The translations under genes and the position numbers were made by a program. This document shows, piece by piece, positions 9,925 to 19,937 of a stretch of 64,000 bases of DNA; position 1 is the first letter of the stretch, and every line of letters begins with the position of its first letter. The notes beneath the pieces were generated by a model. That model did not search any database and was not told the origin of the DNA. It was given only the letters and a program-made list of their open reading frames with translations. The stretch spans positions 1,566 to 65,565 of the forward strand of contig JAJZNV010000014.1 in assembly GCA_021852265.1 (NCBI GenBank). The letters are read 5' to 3'. Source of the DNA: Nanobdellota archaeon. GTDB taxonomy: Archaea; Nanobdellota; Nanobdellia; Parvarchaeales; Parvarchaeaceae.

Positions 9925-10302
9925 ATGTCAAAAAGCACTGCGCCTACTTTGAAGAAGAAGGGTGGCGGATTTAAAGCGAAGCGGCGTGATAAGCGTAAAA
10001 GTGAGTCAATAGACGTGTCGATACCTCTCCAAATAGGAACTGAAAAGAAAAATGCAGTTAGAACACTTGGCGGTCATGAAAAACTTAGACTTCTGAAAAT
10101 AAAAAGCGGCAATCTATTCGATGCAAAATCGAAAACCTTCTCCAAAGTGGAACTGATAAAGGTTATAGAGAACAAAGCGAACAGGTCATACGCAAGACGG
10201 AATATAATCACTAAAGGGTGTATTATAGAAACTTCTGGCGGGAACGCAGTCGTAGTGAATCGACCTGGACAAAGCAGCCAGATAACACTTAGAAAAGTAT
10301 AA
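9925..10302 (+). CDS. rps8e: 30S ribosomal protein S8e
   Basis: KGGGFK..RRDKRKSE, RTLGG.EK, N.ANRSYARRNIITKGCIIET, RPGQ. Confidence 0.94.
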   Translation: MSKSTAPTLKKKGGGFKAKRRDKRKSESIDVSIPLQIGTEKKNAVRTLGGHEKLRLLKIKSGNLFDAKSKTFSKVELIKVIENKANRSYARRNIITKGCIIETSGGNAVVVNRPGQSSQITLRKV

Positions 10303-10350
10303 GCTTTTAGCTTATAATGGTGTAGATCTTTAATTTATTAGCAATGCAGT

Positions 10351-12741
10351 ATGAGAATAAACGCCGAGAAATATGACAATTGGATAAAGACTCACAAAAA
10401 GCTAATAGTAGTTATCTGGTTGGCGGCATTTATTGTATCAATACCCTTTGCTTCGCACCTGTTTTCTGTTGTGTCCTATAACATATCTGGGAGCTCAAAT
10501 TCTCCAACATCTGGTAATCAAAGTAATTATGCGAGCGGCCAGAATTCTTCACTTAAGCCAAATGCAAGTGATAACGTAAGCACTAGCCAACATCTTGGCA
10601 GTAATTTTAATAATTTAATTTTATTGTTAATAGAAAGCAATAATGTATACTCTAATAGTTCCAAGACATTTGTATTAGGTCTAATGCAGGAATTTCCAAA
10701 GGGCAATGTGACCTCAATTTACGGCACCGAATTGAAATTGCTTAACAAAAGTTATCTTATTATTTCAGGTATGGCACATGAAGCAGAACTTGCCTACGCA
10801 CAGAAGTTCGGAATATCCGGCCCTCTAAATAGAAGCGAATTAAACGCTATTTCGGAGGTCATCATACAAAACTTTACAGGATTTTTGCAGGGGCCAGCAG
10901 CAGCTGCCATGCAAGCAGGTCCAACACTGGACACTTTCATAACTGATATCGTATTCAGTTACCAGAACTCGAGTCCACTTTATGTTTTTAACACTTATAA
11001 TTTCCCGGACTACCCGATTTTGCCCCCACAGACAATTTTACTCCCTCTTGTAAACGGCGCACACAACGTGACTCTCGCCACTGTGATGCCGGTCAATTAC
11101 CAAAATGCATCATCTTTTATAACCTCTCTAGCAGAGAAGTCGGGCACTAATGTATATGTAGCAGGATTTCAGGCTCTTCAAAACTCTATAGAATCAAATA
11201 CGCTAAGCGGTACATTCATAGCAATACTGGTCGGCCTATTGCTTGCAATAATAGTTACCGGAATAATCTTCAAATCGCCTGTAGCCGCTATCATGCCGCT
11301 AATTATATTTGGTATAAATATTGTAATCTCCTATTCTATTTTTTATTTTATTTTCCACTTTATATTAAACACGCAGATATCCTTCTTTGACCCAATACTG
11401 ACATCCATCTTAATGCTTGGGCTATGCACAGATTACATAATCTATATTCTATACCGTTACAGACAGGAAAGAAATGAAGGAAAAACTCAGGAAAAATCTG
11501 CCGGTCTAGCGTTTGGATGGGCGGGCGGAGCGGTGCTCGTAAGCGGGTTGACTGTTATAAGTGCATATATTGTCCTTTCTTTCTTAAACCTTCCATTTAT
11601 AGGCGGCTCAGGTATATTGAACGCAGTTGGAATAAGTGTTGTTCTCTTATCGGGCCTGACGCTTCTGCCATCACTACTGCATTTAAATGGTGATAAACTG
11701 ATATTTCCTTACCATATAACTAAGAGAAGTACAGGCTCTTTATTCTATAAGATAGGTGACTTTGACATAAAAAATGCAAGGGTAATAATTAGTGTGTTCG
11801 CAGTAATCGCCATCATCGCATTTTATGTCTTTATGACTGCGAATACTGACCTGAATATCTTAGGGCTTCTTCCAAATTCATCAATAAAAAGTGCATTCTA
11901 TATTGCTACTAATAATTTTGGCTATGACCCCATAGATCCGTTGTCACTCACATTCCCCAATGCATCGAATGTAACACAAATAAGTTCGATTATTAGTGGT
12001 GTACGGAACATACCCGGTATATACACAGTTATACCGACATTTACGGGCCCTCAGAATTATGAAATATATTTAAAGTACCAAGCGTTCAGCGGGTCTGCAA
12101 CTGAAACTTATAACAGTTTGAATACGTATCTCGAGAATGCGAAAATACCATATTCTCTGTCCGGAACGAGCGCCTTCATAGCAGATGCGTACAATGCAAT
12201 AAACAGTGATGTTTACCCATTGATTGCAATATTGGGTACAGTGATATTTATTATACTGTTCATAATATTGTTCTCCGTATTTACTCCCCTTAGACTAGTA
12301 ATCATGCTAATTTCGATACTTATGATAGCAAATGCCACAACCGTTTTGATATTTTCTGTGCTGCTGTCGCTGCCGTTCATAGCATTTGCACAGGTATTTC
12401 TTATAACCAATATCATGGGTGTTGGCGTAGACTATGATATATTCTTAGTTATGCGAATAAGAGAACATGCAATAAAAGGGGACACGAATACAAAGGCTGT
12501 TAAAGAAGGCCTTGCAAGAAGCGGCCCCGTGATATTAAGTCTCGGGATTATATTATCCTCGGTATTCTTTGGACTTGCAGCGGCAGGAATTCCACTTATA
12601 ACCGAAGTCGGTTTCATAGTTGGTGCTGGGATACTGATAGATACATTTGTTTCTGTCTTAATCATAATACCTTCATTCATGTTTCTGTTATCTAAATTTA
12701 ACTGGTGGCCGAGCAGGGTTGGGCATGTTAAGCGCCATTAA
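10351..12741 (+). CDS. MMPL/RND family transporter
   Basis: Two repeats of a large loop plus TM bundle; motifs GLCTDYIIYILYRYRQE and GVGVDYDIFLVMRIRE. Confidence 0.92.
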   Translation: MRINAEKYDNWIKTHKKLIVVIWLAAFIVSIPFASHLFSVVSYNISGSSNSPTSGNQSNYASGQNSSLKPNASDNVSTSQHLGSNFNNLILLLIESNNVYSNSSKTFVLGLMQEFPKGNVTSIYGTELKLLNKSYLIISGMAHEAELAYAQKFGISGPLNRSELNAISEVIIQNFTGFLQGPAAAAMQAGPTLDTFITDIVFSYQNSSPLYVFNTYNFPDYPILPPQTILLPLVNGAHNVTLATVMPVNYQNASSFITSLAEKSGTNVYVAGFQALQNSIESNTLSGTFIAILVGLLLAIIVTGIIFKSPVAAIMPLIIFGINIVISYSIFYFIFHFILNTQISFFDPILTSILMLGLCTDYIIYILYRYRQERNEGKTQEKSAGLAFGWAGGAVLVSGLTVISAYIVLSFLNLPFIGGSGILNAVGISVVLLSGLTLLPSLLHLNGDKLIFPYHITKRSTGSLFYKIGDFDIKNARVIISVFAVIAIIAFYVFMTANTDLNILGLLPNSSIKSAFYIATNNFGYDPIDPLSLTFPNASNVTQISSIISGVRNIPGIYTVIPTFTGPQNYEIYLKYQAFSGSATETYNSLNTYLENAKIPYSLSGTSAFIADAYNAINSDVYPLIAILGTVIFIILFIILFSVFTPLRLVIMLISILMIANATTVLIFSVLLSLPFIAFAQVFLITNIMGVGVDYDIFLVMRIREHAIKGDTNTKAVKEGLARSGPVILSLGIILSSVFFGLAAAGIPLITEVGFIVGAGILIDTFVSVLIIIPSFMFLLSKFNWWPSRVGHVKRH

Positions 12742-13486
12742 AAAATTACTCGGATTCGGCGGCGCCAGTAAGGTGCTTAAAGAAATCAAAAGCGGCAATG
12801 ACACCCTGTCAGTCGTAGACAATGGAGATGAGATTAGCCTAAAACTGAATAATGTAGTCTATTCACGATTAAAGAAGGGCAAGGTTTATACAGGATCTTA
12901 CTGGGATTACTTCTCTCCTCTCCCAGTACTATATAAAAAACCAAACATATTAATGATAGGACTTGGTGGAGGCACTATCGCTTATCAGCTAACTAAGTTG
13001 TATAGGAACGTAAACCTTGATATAGTGGAAATAAGCAAACCGATGATAGAACTGTCAGATTACTTCTTACCAAAAAAACTAAAAAACGTTAGGATAATTC
13101 AAGAAGATGGGTTAAAATACATAAAGAAAAAATTAAACGCTTATGATCTGCTTATCCTAGACGCATATGACGGGGACCACATACCCGAGGATTTTCTTAA
13201 CGATGAATTTGTAGCCGACGCGTATAAGACACTAAGAAAAGAAGGCATACTTGCTATAAATTATGCACTGAATCTTAGTGCATTGGTCTATTTAGAAAAT
13301 TATCTTAACAAGCTAAGAAAATTATTCAAAGTATACACGATAAATAATCCATTTACGTCTGGAAATATGATAATAATAGGTTCAAAAGAAATGAATAGGG
13401 ATGACATATTAAGATTGGTAAGACTCGGCTATAAAGAGAATAAGGATAACAAGTCAGTAATGCTCGGTTATAGAGAAATGGCTTAA
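12725..13486 (+). CDS. Spermidine-synthase-like SAM-dependent transferase
   Basis: ILMIGLGGGT, DIVEIS and YDLLILDAY. Confidence 0.82.
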   Translation: MLSAIKKLLGFGGASKVLKEIKSGNDTLSVVDNGDEISLKLNNVVYSRLKKGKVYTGSYWDYFSPLPVLYKKPNILMIGLGGGTIAYQLTKLYRNVNLDIVEISKPMIELSDYFLPKKLKNVRIIQEDGLKYIKKKLNAYDLLILDAYDGDHIPEDFLNDEFVADAYKTLRKEGILAINYALNLSALVYLENYLNKLRKLFKVYTINNPFTSGNMIIIGSKEMNRDDILRLVRLGYKENKDNKSVMLGYREMA

Positions 13487-13693
13487 ATTAGGATTTTATT
13501 TAGTTTAAGAACAACATTGTTGATTGGTAATTTCTTAGCGACAAGGAGCGTATAATTTGAGACTCTTAAATAAATGTCAGGAAGGACTTTATCAGATTTG
13601 TTATGTCGGCGCAATATCAACTTAGATGTATTATCATGTTAAGATATTTTAAATAAATTAAACCTATAAAATCGGCGATTGCATAAGAAAACC

Positions 13694-15154
13694 ATGGAGT
13701 TCAAAAGACCGATTTTTACAAAGGTATCTGATGTAATCTGGGAGATGCCAAAGGAGTTCAAGCGCGGTATGCTTGTCCCTGGTAGAATATACGCCACTGA
13801 AAAACTGCTAAAGGAGATGGATAATCCTGTCTTTGATCAGCTAGCAAATGTTGCTGCACTGCCGGGCATCCAAAATTATGTTTTTGCACTTGGCGATGCA
13901 CACAGTGGATACGGATTCAATATAGGCGGTGCCGCTGCTTTCGACCCTGAAGAAGGCGGGATTATCTCCCCTGGAGGGGTAGGCGTAGATATAAACTGTG
14001 GTATGCGATTAATTCTTACGGATTTAACAGTAGATGAGGTAAAACCAAAGGTAAAGGAGCTAGTAGATAATCTTTTCAAGGCAGTACCGGTTGGAGTAGG
14101 TGCTAAAAGTGCCTTTAAGATACGAGAATCAGAATTTAAGACGATTGCGGAAGAAGGGGCAAAATGGGCGATAAAAAAAGGATATGGCTGGAAAGAAGAC
14201 ATTGAAAGAACTGAATTGAACGGCACTGCGGAGTGGGCAGATAGCTCAAAGATATCGGATAAAGTAATCGCAAGAGGCATAAATCAGATGGGTACTCTTG
14301 GATCAGGAAACCATTATTTAGAGATCCAGTTCATAAGAGACGAGAATATAGTAGACAAGCGCATTGCTAAAAAATGGGGTTTATTCAAAAATCAAGTAGT
14401 AATAACGTTCCATTGTGGTTCCAGAGGGGCAGGTCACCAGATAGCCACGGATTATCTACAGAAATTTCTGCCAATTATGGAGACTAAGTATAAGATAAAA
14501 ATACCTGATAAGGAACTCGCATCTGTTCCATTTAACTCCAGCGATGGACAGGATTATTATAAGGCCATGGGTTGTGGTGTCAATGTAAGCTTTGTCAATA
14601 GGCAGCTGATAATGCATAATGTGCGCACAGTATTCTCCAAGATATTTAATAAAGACCCGGAAAAGTTAGGGATGCGTCAGCTATTTGATATAGCGCACAA
14701 CAGGGCGTCTGTTGAGAGGTATAATATAGATGGAGTTACAAAGACGCTGGTTGTCCACAGGAAAGGTGCGACTGCAAGTTATTCTCCGGGAAGGAAAGAG
14801 ATTCCAAAAATATATAGAAGTGACGGTTTGCCTATAATAGTCGGCGGAAGCATGGAAACGGGTTCATATCTCTTGAGTGGAGGAGACCGCTCAGAACAAA
14901 CTTTTTGCACGACAGCACATGGGGCGGGCAGGACAATGAGTCGTACTAAGGCAAGAGGGCTTTTTAAGGGAGAGGATATACAAAAATCGATGTTTGAGCG
15001 CGGGATATACGAAAAAAGCAACTCTTGGACTGGACTAGCGGAAGAAGCTGGACAGGCGTATAAGGATATCGATGAGGTTGTAAACTCGGCAGAAATGGCA
15101 GGTCTTTCACGTAGAATTGTAAAATTACTACCCATCGGCGGAATAAAGGGATAA
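13694..15154 (+). CDS. rtcB: tRNA-splicing ligase RtcB
   Basis: DAHSGYGF, GVDINCG, GTLGSGNHY, HCGSRG, HRKGAT and HGAGR. Confidence 0.97.
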   Translation: MEFKRPIFTKVSDVIWEMPKEFKRGMLVPGRIYATEKLLKEMDNPVFDQLANVAALPGIQNYVFALGDAHSGYGFNIGGAAAFDPEEGGIISPGGVGVDINCGMRLILTDLTVDEVKPKVKELVDNLFKAVPVGVGAKSAFKIRESEFKTIAEEGAKWAIKKGYGWKEDIERTELNGTAEWADSSKISDKVIARGINQMGTLGSGNHYLEIQFIRDENIVDKRIAKKWGLFKNQVVITFHCGSRGAGHQIATDYLQKFLPIMETKYKIKIPDKELASVPFNSSDGQDYYKAMGCGVNVSFVNRQLIMHNVRTVFSKIFNKDPEKLGMRQLFDIAHNRASVERYNIDGVTKTLVVHRKGATASYSPGRKEIPKIYRSDGLPIIVGGSMETGSYLLSGGDRSEQTFCTTAHGAGRTMSRTKARGLFKGEDIQKSMFERGIYEKSNSWTGLAEEAGQAYKDIDEVVNSAEMAGLSRRIVKLLPIGGIKG

Positions 15155-15155
15155 T

Positions 15156-15587
15156 ATGCCATACAAATTCTTAGAAAATGTAGCGATAGCCGATGTTGCT
15201 TTTGAAGTTAGGGCGCAAACTATAAACGGGCTTTTTGAGGACTGCGCCCGCGCTATGACAAATGTGATGATTAGAGACTTAAGTGATTTATCCCAAAAAG
15301 TCGTCAGGAAGTTTTCTATGGTAGCAGCAAACATAGAGAATTTATTGTTCAACTTCCTCAACGAGCTAGTATACTATAAAGATGTTGACTTCTTATTATT
15401 TGGAAAGTTTAAGGTCAATATAAGAAAAAAAGAAGACGGATTCGAAATGAAATGTATTGCGTATGGGGATAAAATAGATCCAAAAAAACTTAAGCCGGTG
15501 GTAGATGTTAAGGCAGTAACGATGCATATGTTTGAAGTAAAAAAAACGCAGAGGGGGTGGCGGGCCAGAATAGTACTGGATATCTGA
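15156..15587 (+). CDS. Archease (RtcB cofactor)
   Basis: YKFLENVAIADVAF, VKAVTMH and C-terminal VLDI; directly after rtcB. Confidence 0.95.
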   Translation: MPYKFLENVAIADVAFEVRAQTINGLFEDCARAMTNVMIRDLSDLSQKVVRKFSMVAANIENLLFNFLNELVYYKDVDFLLFGKFKVNIRKKEDGFEMKCIAYGDKIDPKKLKPVVDVKAVTMHMFEVKKTQRGWRARIVLDI

Positions 15588-15588
15588 T

Positions 15589-16713
15589 ATGGAAAAAGAG
15601 ATTTTAAGTGTCCATTATAACGAGATTGCACTTAAAGGTAAACAAAGAGGGAAATTTGAAAGAATGTTGATAAATAACATAGCTTCATTGACAGGCTGTA
15701 GGCCCGTACCGAGATCTGGACGGCTCGTCCTTTTGCACTTTGATAAAGACACCGTTGAACTACTAAGGTTCATACCTGGGATATCATGGATAGGCGAAGG
15801 TCTTGTGATAGAACGCGATATCCGTATACTGAAAAAATGCGTATCTGAGCTTTTATCTAGCAGAGGTTGCAGCAGTGTAAACCTAGACGTTAAGAGGGTA
15901 GACAAAAATTATTCCATGACATCATTAGACTTGAAAAATGAGCTTTTAAAAGAATTCCATTTAAGAATTGATATACAACAGGGGTATAAAATAAAAATAG
16001 AGATAATGCCGGACTCGTTCATAATAAACAAGAATATAACCAAAGGTATCGGCGGAATGCCGATTGGAAGCGCTGGTAAAGTACTTTCACTTTTTTCTGG
16101 AGGTATCGACTCTGCGATTGTACCGTTCGAGATGATGAAACGGGGTTGCACTGTAGATTTATTGCACGTTTATGCATTGCCAACGAGAGATGCAGTGCTG
16201 CGGAGTAAAATAATTGAGTTGGTTGGTAAAATCTCAAAAATCTCTAGTTTTAAACTGTTCTTAATTCCATTCCATCTTTTTGGCTTGGAGATTATGAAAA
16301 TTGACTCCCGCTATGAGCTAGTCCTCTTCAAGAGATTTTTGCTAAAGCTTACAGAAAGACTTGCAAAGGAGTATGGGTACAAAGGAATCTGTACTGGAGA
16401 CGCCTTATCACAAGTCGCATCCCAAACCCTCGACAATTTAAATGCGATAAGCTATGGATTTGACCTACCCGTCTTCAGGCCGCTGCTTACATATAATAAA
16501 GATGAGATAATAAAAAAGGCAGAATTTTACGGAACATATGAGAGTTCTATAAAAGAATATAAGGATTGTTGCTCTATAGTCTCCAAAAATCCGGCTACTG
16601 CATTATCTCAGCAAAAAGTAAAGGACCTAGAATCGAAAATTAACCTTGAAGAGATAATAAATAAAAGCATCGCAGAGCTACGAGTTGAAGAATTCACTGT
16701 GAACTCTAAATAA
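15589..16713 (+). CDS. thiI: tRNA 4-thiouridine synthase ThiI (THUMP + PP-loop)
   Basis: YNEIALKG, LFSGGIDS, TGDALSQVASQT, FRPL and DCC. Confidence 0.93.
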   Translation: MEKEILSVHYNEIALKGKQRGKFERMLINNIASLTGCRPVPRSGRLVLLHFDKDTVELLRFIPGISWIGEGLVIERDIRILKKCVSELLSSRGCSSVNLDVKRVDKNYSMTSLDLKNELLKEFHLRIDIQQGYKIKIEIMPDSFIINKNITKGIGGMPIGSAGKVLSLFSGGIDSAIVPFEMMKRGCTVDLLHVYALPTRDAVLRSKIIELVGKISKISSFKLFLIPFHLFGLEIMKIDSRYELVLFKRFLLKLTERLAKEYGYKGICTGDALSQVASQTLDNLNAISYGFDLPVFRPLLTYNKDEIIKKAEFYGTYESSIKEYKDCCSIVSKNPATALSQQKVKDLESKINLEEIINKSIAELRVEEFTVNSK

Positions 16714-16783
16714 AAATTATTTAAAAAATGTTATTTTTAGGTAGTTAAAAAGTATTTATATTAGTGGTTATCATATAAACCAC

Positions 16784-17047
16784 ATGGAAACAGACGATAG
16801 TTTTAAGATGTACGAACAGATGTCAAAAGACCGAACAGAAATGAATAATCGTATCGAAGCGCTTTTGAAGAGCTCAGATAAGAGTATGGATGGATTTTTC
16901 GACAAAAATGCTGCATATACTAAAGAAGGGCAGTACAATAAGGTAATTGGGCTGCCAGAGTCAAAGTCGCGCTACGTAAGGTTTATTGATAGACTTGATC
17001 GATTTATGGACAAGCTTTACTCTTTGCCATATCGATTCTACAAATAA
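16784..17047 (+). CDS. Hypothetical protein
   Basis: 87-aa ATG-start ORF with upstream TTTATATT; no motif recognised. Confidence 0.65.
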   Translation: METDDSFKMYEQMSKDRTEMNNRIEALLKSSDKSMDGFFDKNAAYTKEGQYNKVIGLPESKSRYVRFIDRLDRFMDKLYSLPYRFYK

Positions 17048-17063
17048 CGGGATTCTTTTGTTT

Positions 17064-17882
17064 TTATTTAATTTTGTTAAGTCTCGAATAATTGTATATA
17101 TATAGTTGTGCATAGCCTGCGTACTTACCAAAGTAAGCGGTCATGACTTCTCTCTTTGACCTGTAACTTTTAGCTTTTCCTAGCAAGTTTCCATAGTGCT
17201 TCGACAGGACTCTAAGCATCCAGACGTCCATCGGGAATGCACTTAAGTCATGTATTCCATACAGGAGGATACAGTCTAGGACCTTATCACCAACTCCTTT
17301 TATTTCCAGCAAGTGTTTCTTTAGCTGATTTAGCTCCAATTTCTCAGATAGTATATGGGTGCTAAAATATTCAGCTGCTGAGAATACAAACTTTGTTCGA
17401 AAACCAAGTTTAAACTGCTTCAATTTTTCGCCCCCGCTTTCCAAAATATCAATGTAAGTTGGAAACTGATGGATTTCCTTATTAATTATCTTTGCTGGTT
17501 TTCCATAAGCAGCTGACAGATTGTTTATCCTCTTCAAGATCAATGGGATATTAGACTGAATAGATAAAATAAAACTGAGGGTTGCAGGCCATAACCCATC
17601 GCTTACAACTCTAAGACCATTGGAATATTCTATCGCTTTATCTAAAAAATCATCTTTATCCAATTCTGCCTTTATTGAAGTTATGTCATCGCTAAGGCCT
17701 AATAATTTTTTAATTTCGTCTTTACTGGCACCGTAAAATTCCAGTTTATTCTCAGAGGGTTGTCTTATTGCGACAGGCTTGTTTACAAAGGATACCCAAT
17801 AATCGCCAGTATTCTTCCACACGAAAGTCTGGCCAGAAGCAAGAGTCTTATTCAGTGAAAAGTTATTTACATCTATTTCCAT
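17064..17882 (-). CDS. ogg: 8-oxoguanine DNA glycosylase (Ogg1-type, OGG_N + HhH-GPD)
   Basis: FSLNKTLASGQTFVW, SFILSIQSNI, IKGVGDKVLDCILL, FPMDVW and YAGYAQLY. Confidence 0.9.
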   Translation of the reverse strand: MEIDVNNFSLNKTLASGQTFVWKNTGDYWVSFVNKPVAIRQPSENKLEFYGASKDEIKKLLGLSDDITSIKAELDKDDFLDKAIEYSNGLRVVSDGLWPATLSFILSIQSNIPLILKRINNLSAAYGKPAKIINKEIHQFPTYIDILESGGEKLKQFKLGFRTKFVFSAAEYFSTHILSEKLELNQLKKHLLEIKGVGDKVLDCILLYGIHDLSAFPMDVWMLRVLSKHYGNLLGKAKSYRSKREVMTAYFGKYAGYAQLYIYNYSRLNKIK

Positions 17883-17957
17883 AGCAGTATTAAAATCAAT
17901 TGTTATATTGTAATACAACCAATAAGTATATAGCTTTGATTTGGTAAAAAGCAGTAT

Positions 17958-18052
17958 GCCGGGTTGGCTGAGCGGTTATAGCGCTGGTCTTGAGTAAATA
18001 TAAGTAAACCAGTTCCCGAAAGGGTCCGTAGGTTCGAATCCTGCACCCGGCG
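17958..18052 (+). tRNA. tRNA-Ser(TGA) with 12-nt intron at 37/38 (17995-18006)
   Basis: GCCGGGT/ACCCGGC acceptor, G discriminator; CTGGT-CT-TGA-G|TAAATATAAGTA|A-ACCAG; long variable arm CCC-GAAA-GGG; followed by a T-run. Confidence 0.94.
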
Positions 18053-18152
18053 TTTTTTAATTCTGTATAAATTATAAATGATTTACACTGTATGGAGCCA
18101 GTGGTTTTTACCAAAAATAACGTATTTATAGTAGTTATATTCTAATAACTGC

Positions 18153-18917
18153 ATGACAATCGAAGATTCATTAGCAGAGTCCGAGGCTGCGATTAATGCA
18201 TATTTAGCAAAGAAGAACCGCAAGACGGCGCCCATATCACCGTATCCAAATCGCCTAAATAACAGAATTCCTTCGGGTGCTGGCATGTCTGCTTTCGAAA
18301 AACAACTTGCACAACAGGAGGGTGGCGGAATTGGAGATATTTATAGCAATCAGCAACTGGCGGAATTAAATGTCGAATCTGAACAGGCTGAAGCTGAAAG
18401 AGTTGGACAGCAGGCTGGAATAGCGCAGGAAAGGCGCCTTGCCCTGACCGAAGAAGAAGCTATCATGCCACCGGATGAGATAGGCCCTGATAAAAATGGC
18501 AAACGCCTCGAGATATTCGAAAGGCCTTACATAGCCCCTTATGTTTTAGCGGATGGTACTATGCTGTATAAGATGCAGGTAACATATGGCGCAAGATTCT
18601 ACCAGTCATTTAATGATGCTATCCGTGATGTTGATACAGACTCTCTTCTAAACAAGATATACAGACATGCAAAAATTAATGGCGTCAGATTACAGGGAAT
18701 GGCAAGAAATCTGATTAATCCGACGTTATATGACAGAGACGTCGAAATGACTTTTTATGGTCCCTATAGAAAGAACCTCCTTAAAGGTCTAGTTGTGGGA
18801 ACTAGAGTAGAGATAGTTACTAACTACGTATCTGCAGAACGACTTAAAAAAATAATAATCGCACTTGAGCCGGAAAGCGTTTCAAGTCTTGCTTCAAAAG
18901 AAGAACGGGGAGAGTAA
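18153..18917 (+). CDS. Hypothetical protein (254 aa)
   Basis: Long ORF with a low-complexity E/Q/A N-half and a globular C-half; no motif recognised. Confidence 0.75.
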   Translation: MTIEDSLAESEAAINAYLAKKNRKTAPISPYPNRLNNRIPSGAGMSAFEKQLAQQEGGGIGDIYSNQQLAELNVESEQAEAERVGQQAGIAQERRLALTEEEAIMPPDEIGPDKNGKRLEIFERPYIAPYVLADGTMLYKMQVTYGARFYQSFNDAIRDVDTDSLLNKIYRHAKINGVRLQGMARNLINPTLYDRDVEMTFYGPYRKNLLKGLVVGTRVEIVTNYVSAERLKKIIIALEPESVSSLASKEERGE

Positions 18918-18922
18918 ACGAT

Positions 18923-19243
18923 TCACGCCAGTTCAACTATATCCGACTTATGTACCCTTAGACCTATTACCAAAACACCATCTTGGATCAATTTTTCCTT
19001 TTTTATTTCCAGTGTACTAACATCGTTCTTTAGGCCGATGGTATACCCTCCCAAGTGTCCATCTGATCTGACCACTCTATAGCAAGGGTAAATGTCCGGG
19101 TGGGAGTTCTCACTCGGTATTTTACCTACATATCTCGGATTTATACCGAGCTTTCTGGCAATTGATCCATATGTAGTTACCTTGCCGTTTGGTATCTGCT
19201 TCAGAAGTGAGTATATTTTTTGGTACTTAATTTTCATGGACAT
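18923..19243 (-). CDS. ogt: O6-methylguanine-DNA methyltransferase family (MGMT, C-terminal domain only)
   Basis: QIPNGKVTTYGSIA, PRYVG and PCYRVVRSDG..GGY. Confidence 0.85.
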   Translation of the reverse strand: MSMKIKYQKIYSLLKQIPNGKVTTYGSIARKLGINPRYVGKIPSENSHPDIYPCYRVVRSDGHLGGYTIGLKNDVSTLEIKKEKLIQDGVLVIGLRVHKSDIVELA

Positions 19244-19244
19244 C

Positions 19245-19937
19245 TTATTGTTCCCCGGCTATTTCCTTTGTGATATCATCAAGCTGTCGGAGTTCTTCAA
19301 CACCTAATTTTTTAAACCAGTTATTTATGTTGTTTATATCTCTTTCTAGGTATTCTTTTGTCAGGCTCGTAAGTTTTAATGCCTGTGAAAAATCGATTAT
19401 ATATGGGTCACCATTTGCATTCAATATATTGTAAGCGCTTAGATCCCCATGTATTATTCCTCTCTTGCCTAAGGTTACTATAGAGTCTATGATTGTTCCA
19501 TACCATTTTTGGACATCGAATGATGTATCTTTCACTGCTAGCCTTGCAGGAGTCTCATCCTCCCCAATGAATTGCATAACTATCACATTTTTAAAGAGCC
19601 GGTAAGGTTCTGGTGTTTTAATCCCTGCATCGAAAGCCTTTGACTGAAAAGTAAATTCATATCGGCTCCAGTCATCTATCCTCTTCAAGAAACCGCCAGT
19701 TCTTGTACCGCGCAGTTTCAAGTATGCAGGTATCTTATTAAATGAGGCTATCTCATGACGGTGTATCTTCACAGCCACTTTCCTGCCCCGATAGTCCGTG
19801 CTCATATAAACGTAAGATTCCTTACCAGAACCTATCGGACCTATAAGTTGACCGATGTATCCGTCACTTTCAAGCTTATTAAGATTGTAGACAGAGTCTT
19901 TGTCGAAGACATGCAAAAAAGTTTTATTCACCGGCAT
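19245..19937 (-). CDS. rio1: RIO-type serine/threonine kinase
   Basis: [25 protein letters not shown] and IIDFSQA. Confidence 0.9.
   Translation of the reverse strand: MPVNKTFLHVFDKDSVYNLNKLESDGYIGQLIGPIGSGKESYVYMSTDYRGRKVAVKIHRHEIASFNKIPAYLKLRGTRTGGFLKRIDDWSRYEFTFQSKAFDAGIKTPEPYRLFKNVIVMQFIGEDETPARLAVKDTSFDVQKWYGTIIDSIVTLGKRGIIHGDLSAYNILNANGDPYIIDFSQALKLTSLTKEYLERDINNINNWFKKLGVEELRQLDDITKEIAGEQ

Noticed and set aside
13487-13678. Short ORFs in the spacer before rtcB
   Set aside because: Only TTG-start or ~22-codon frames with no recognisable features.
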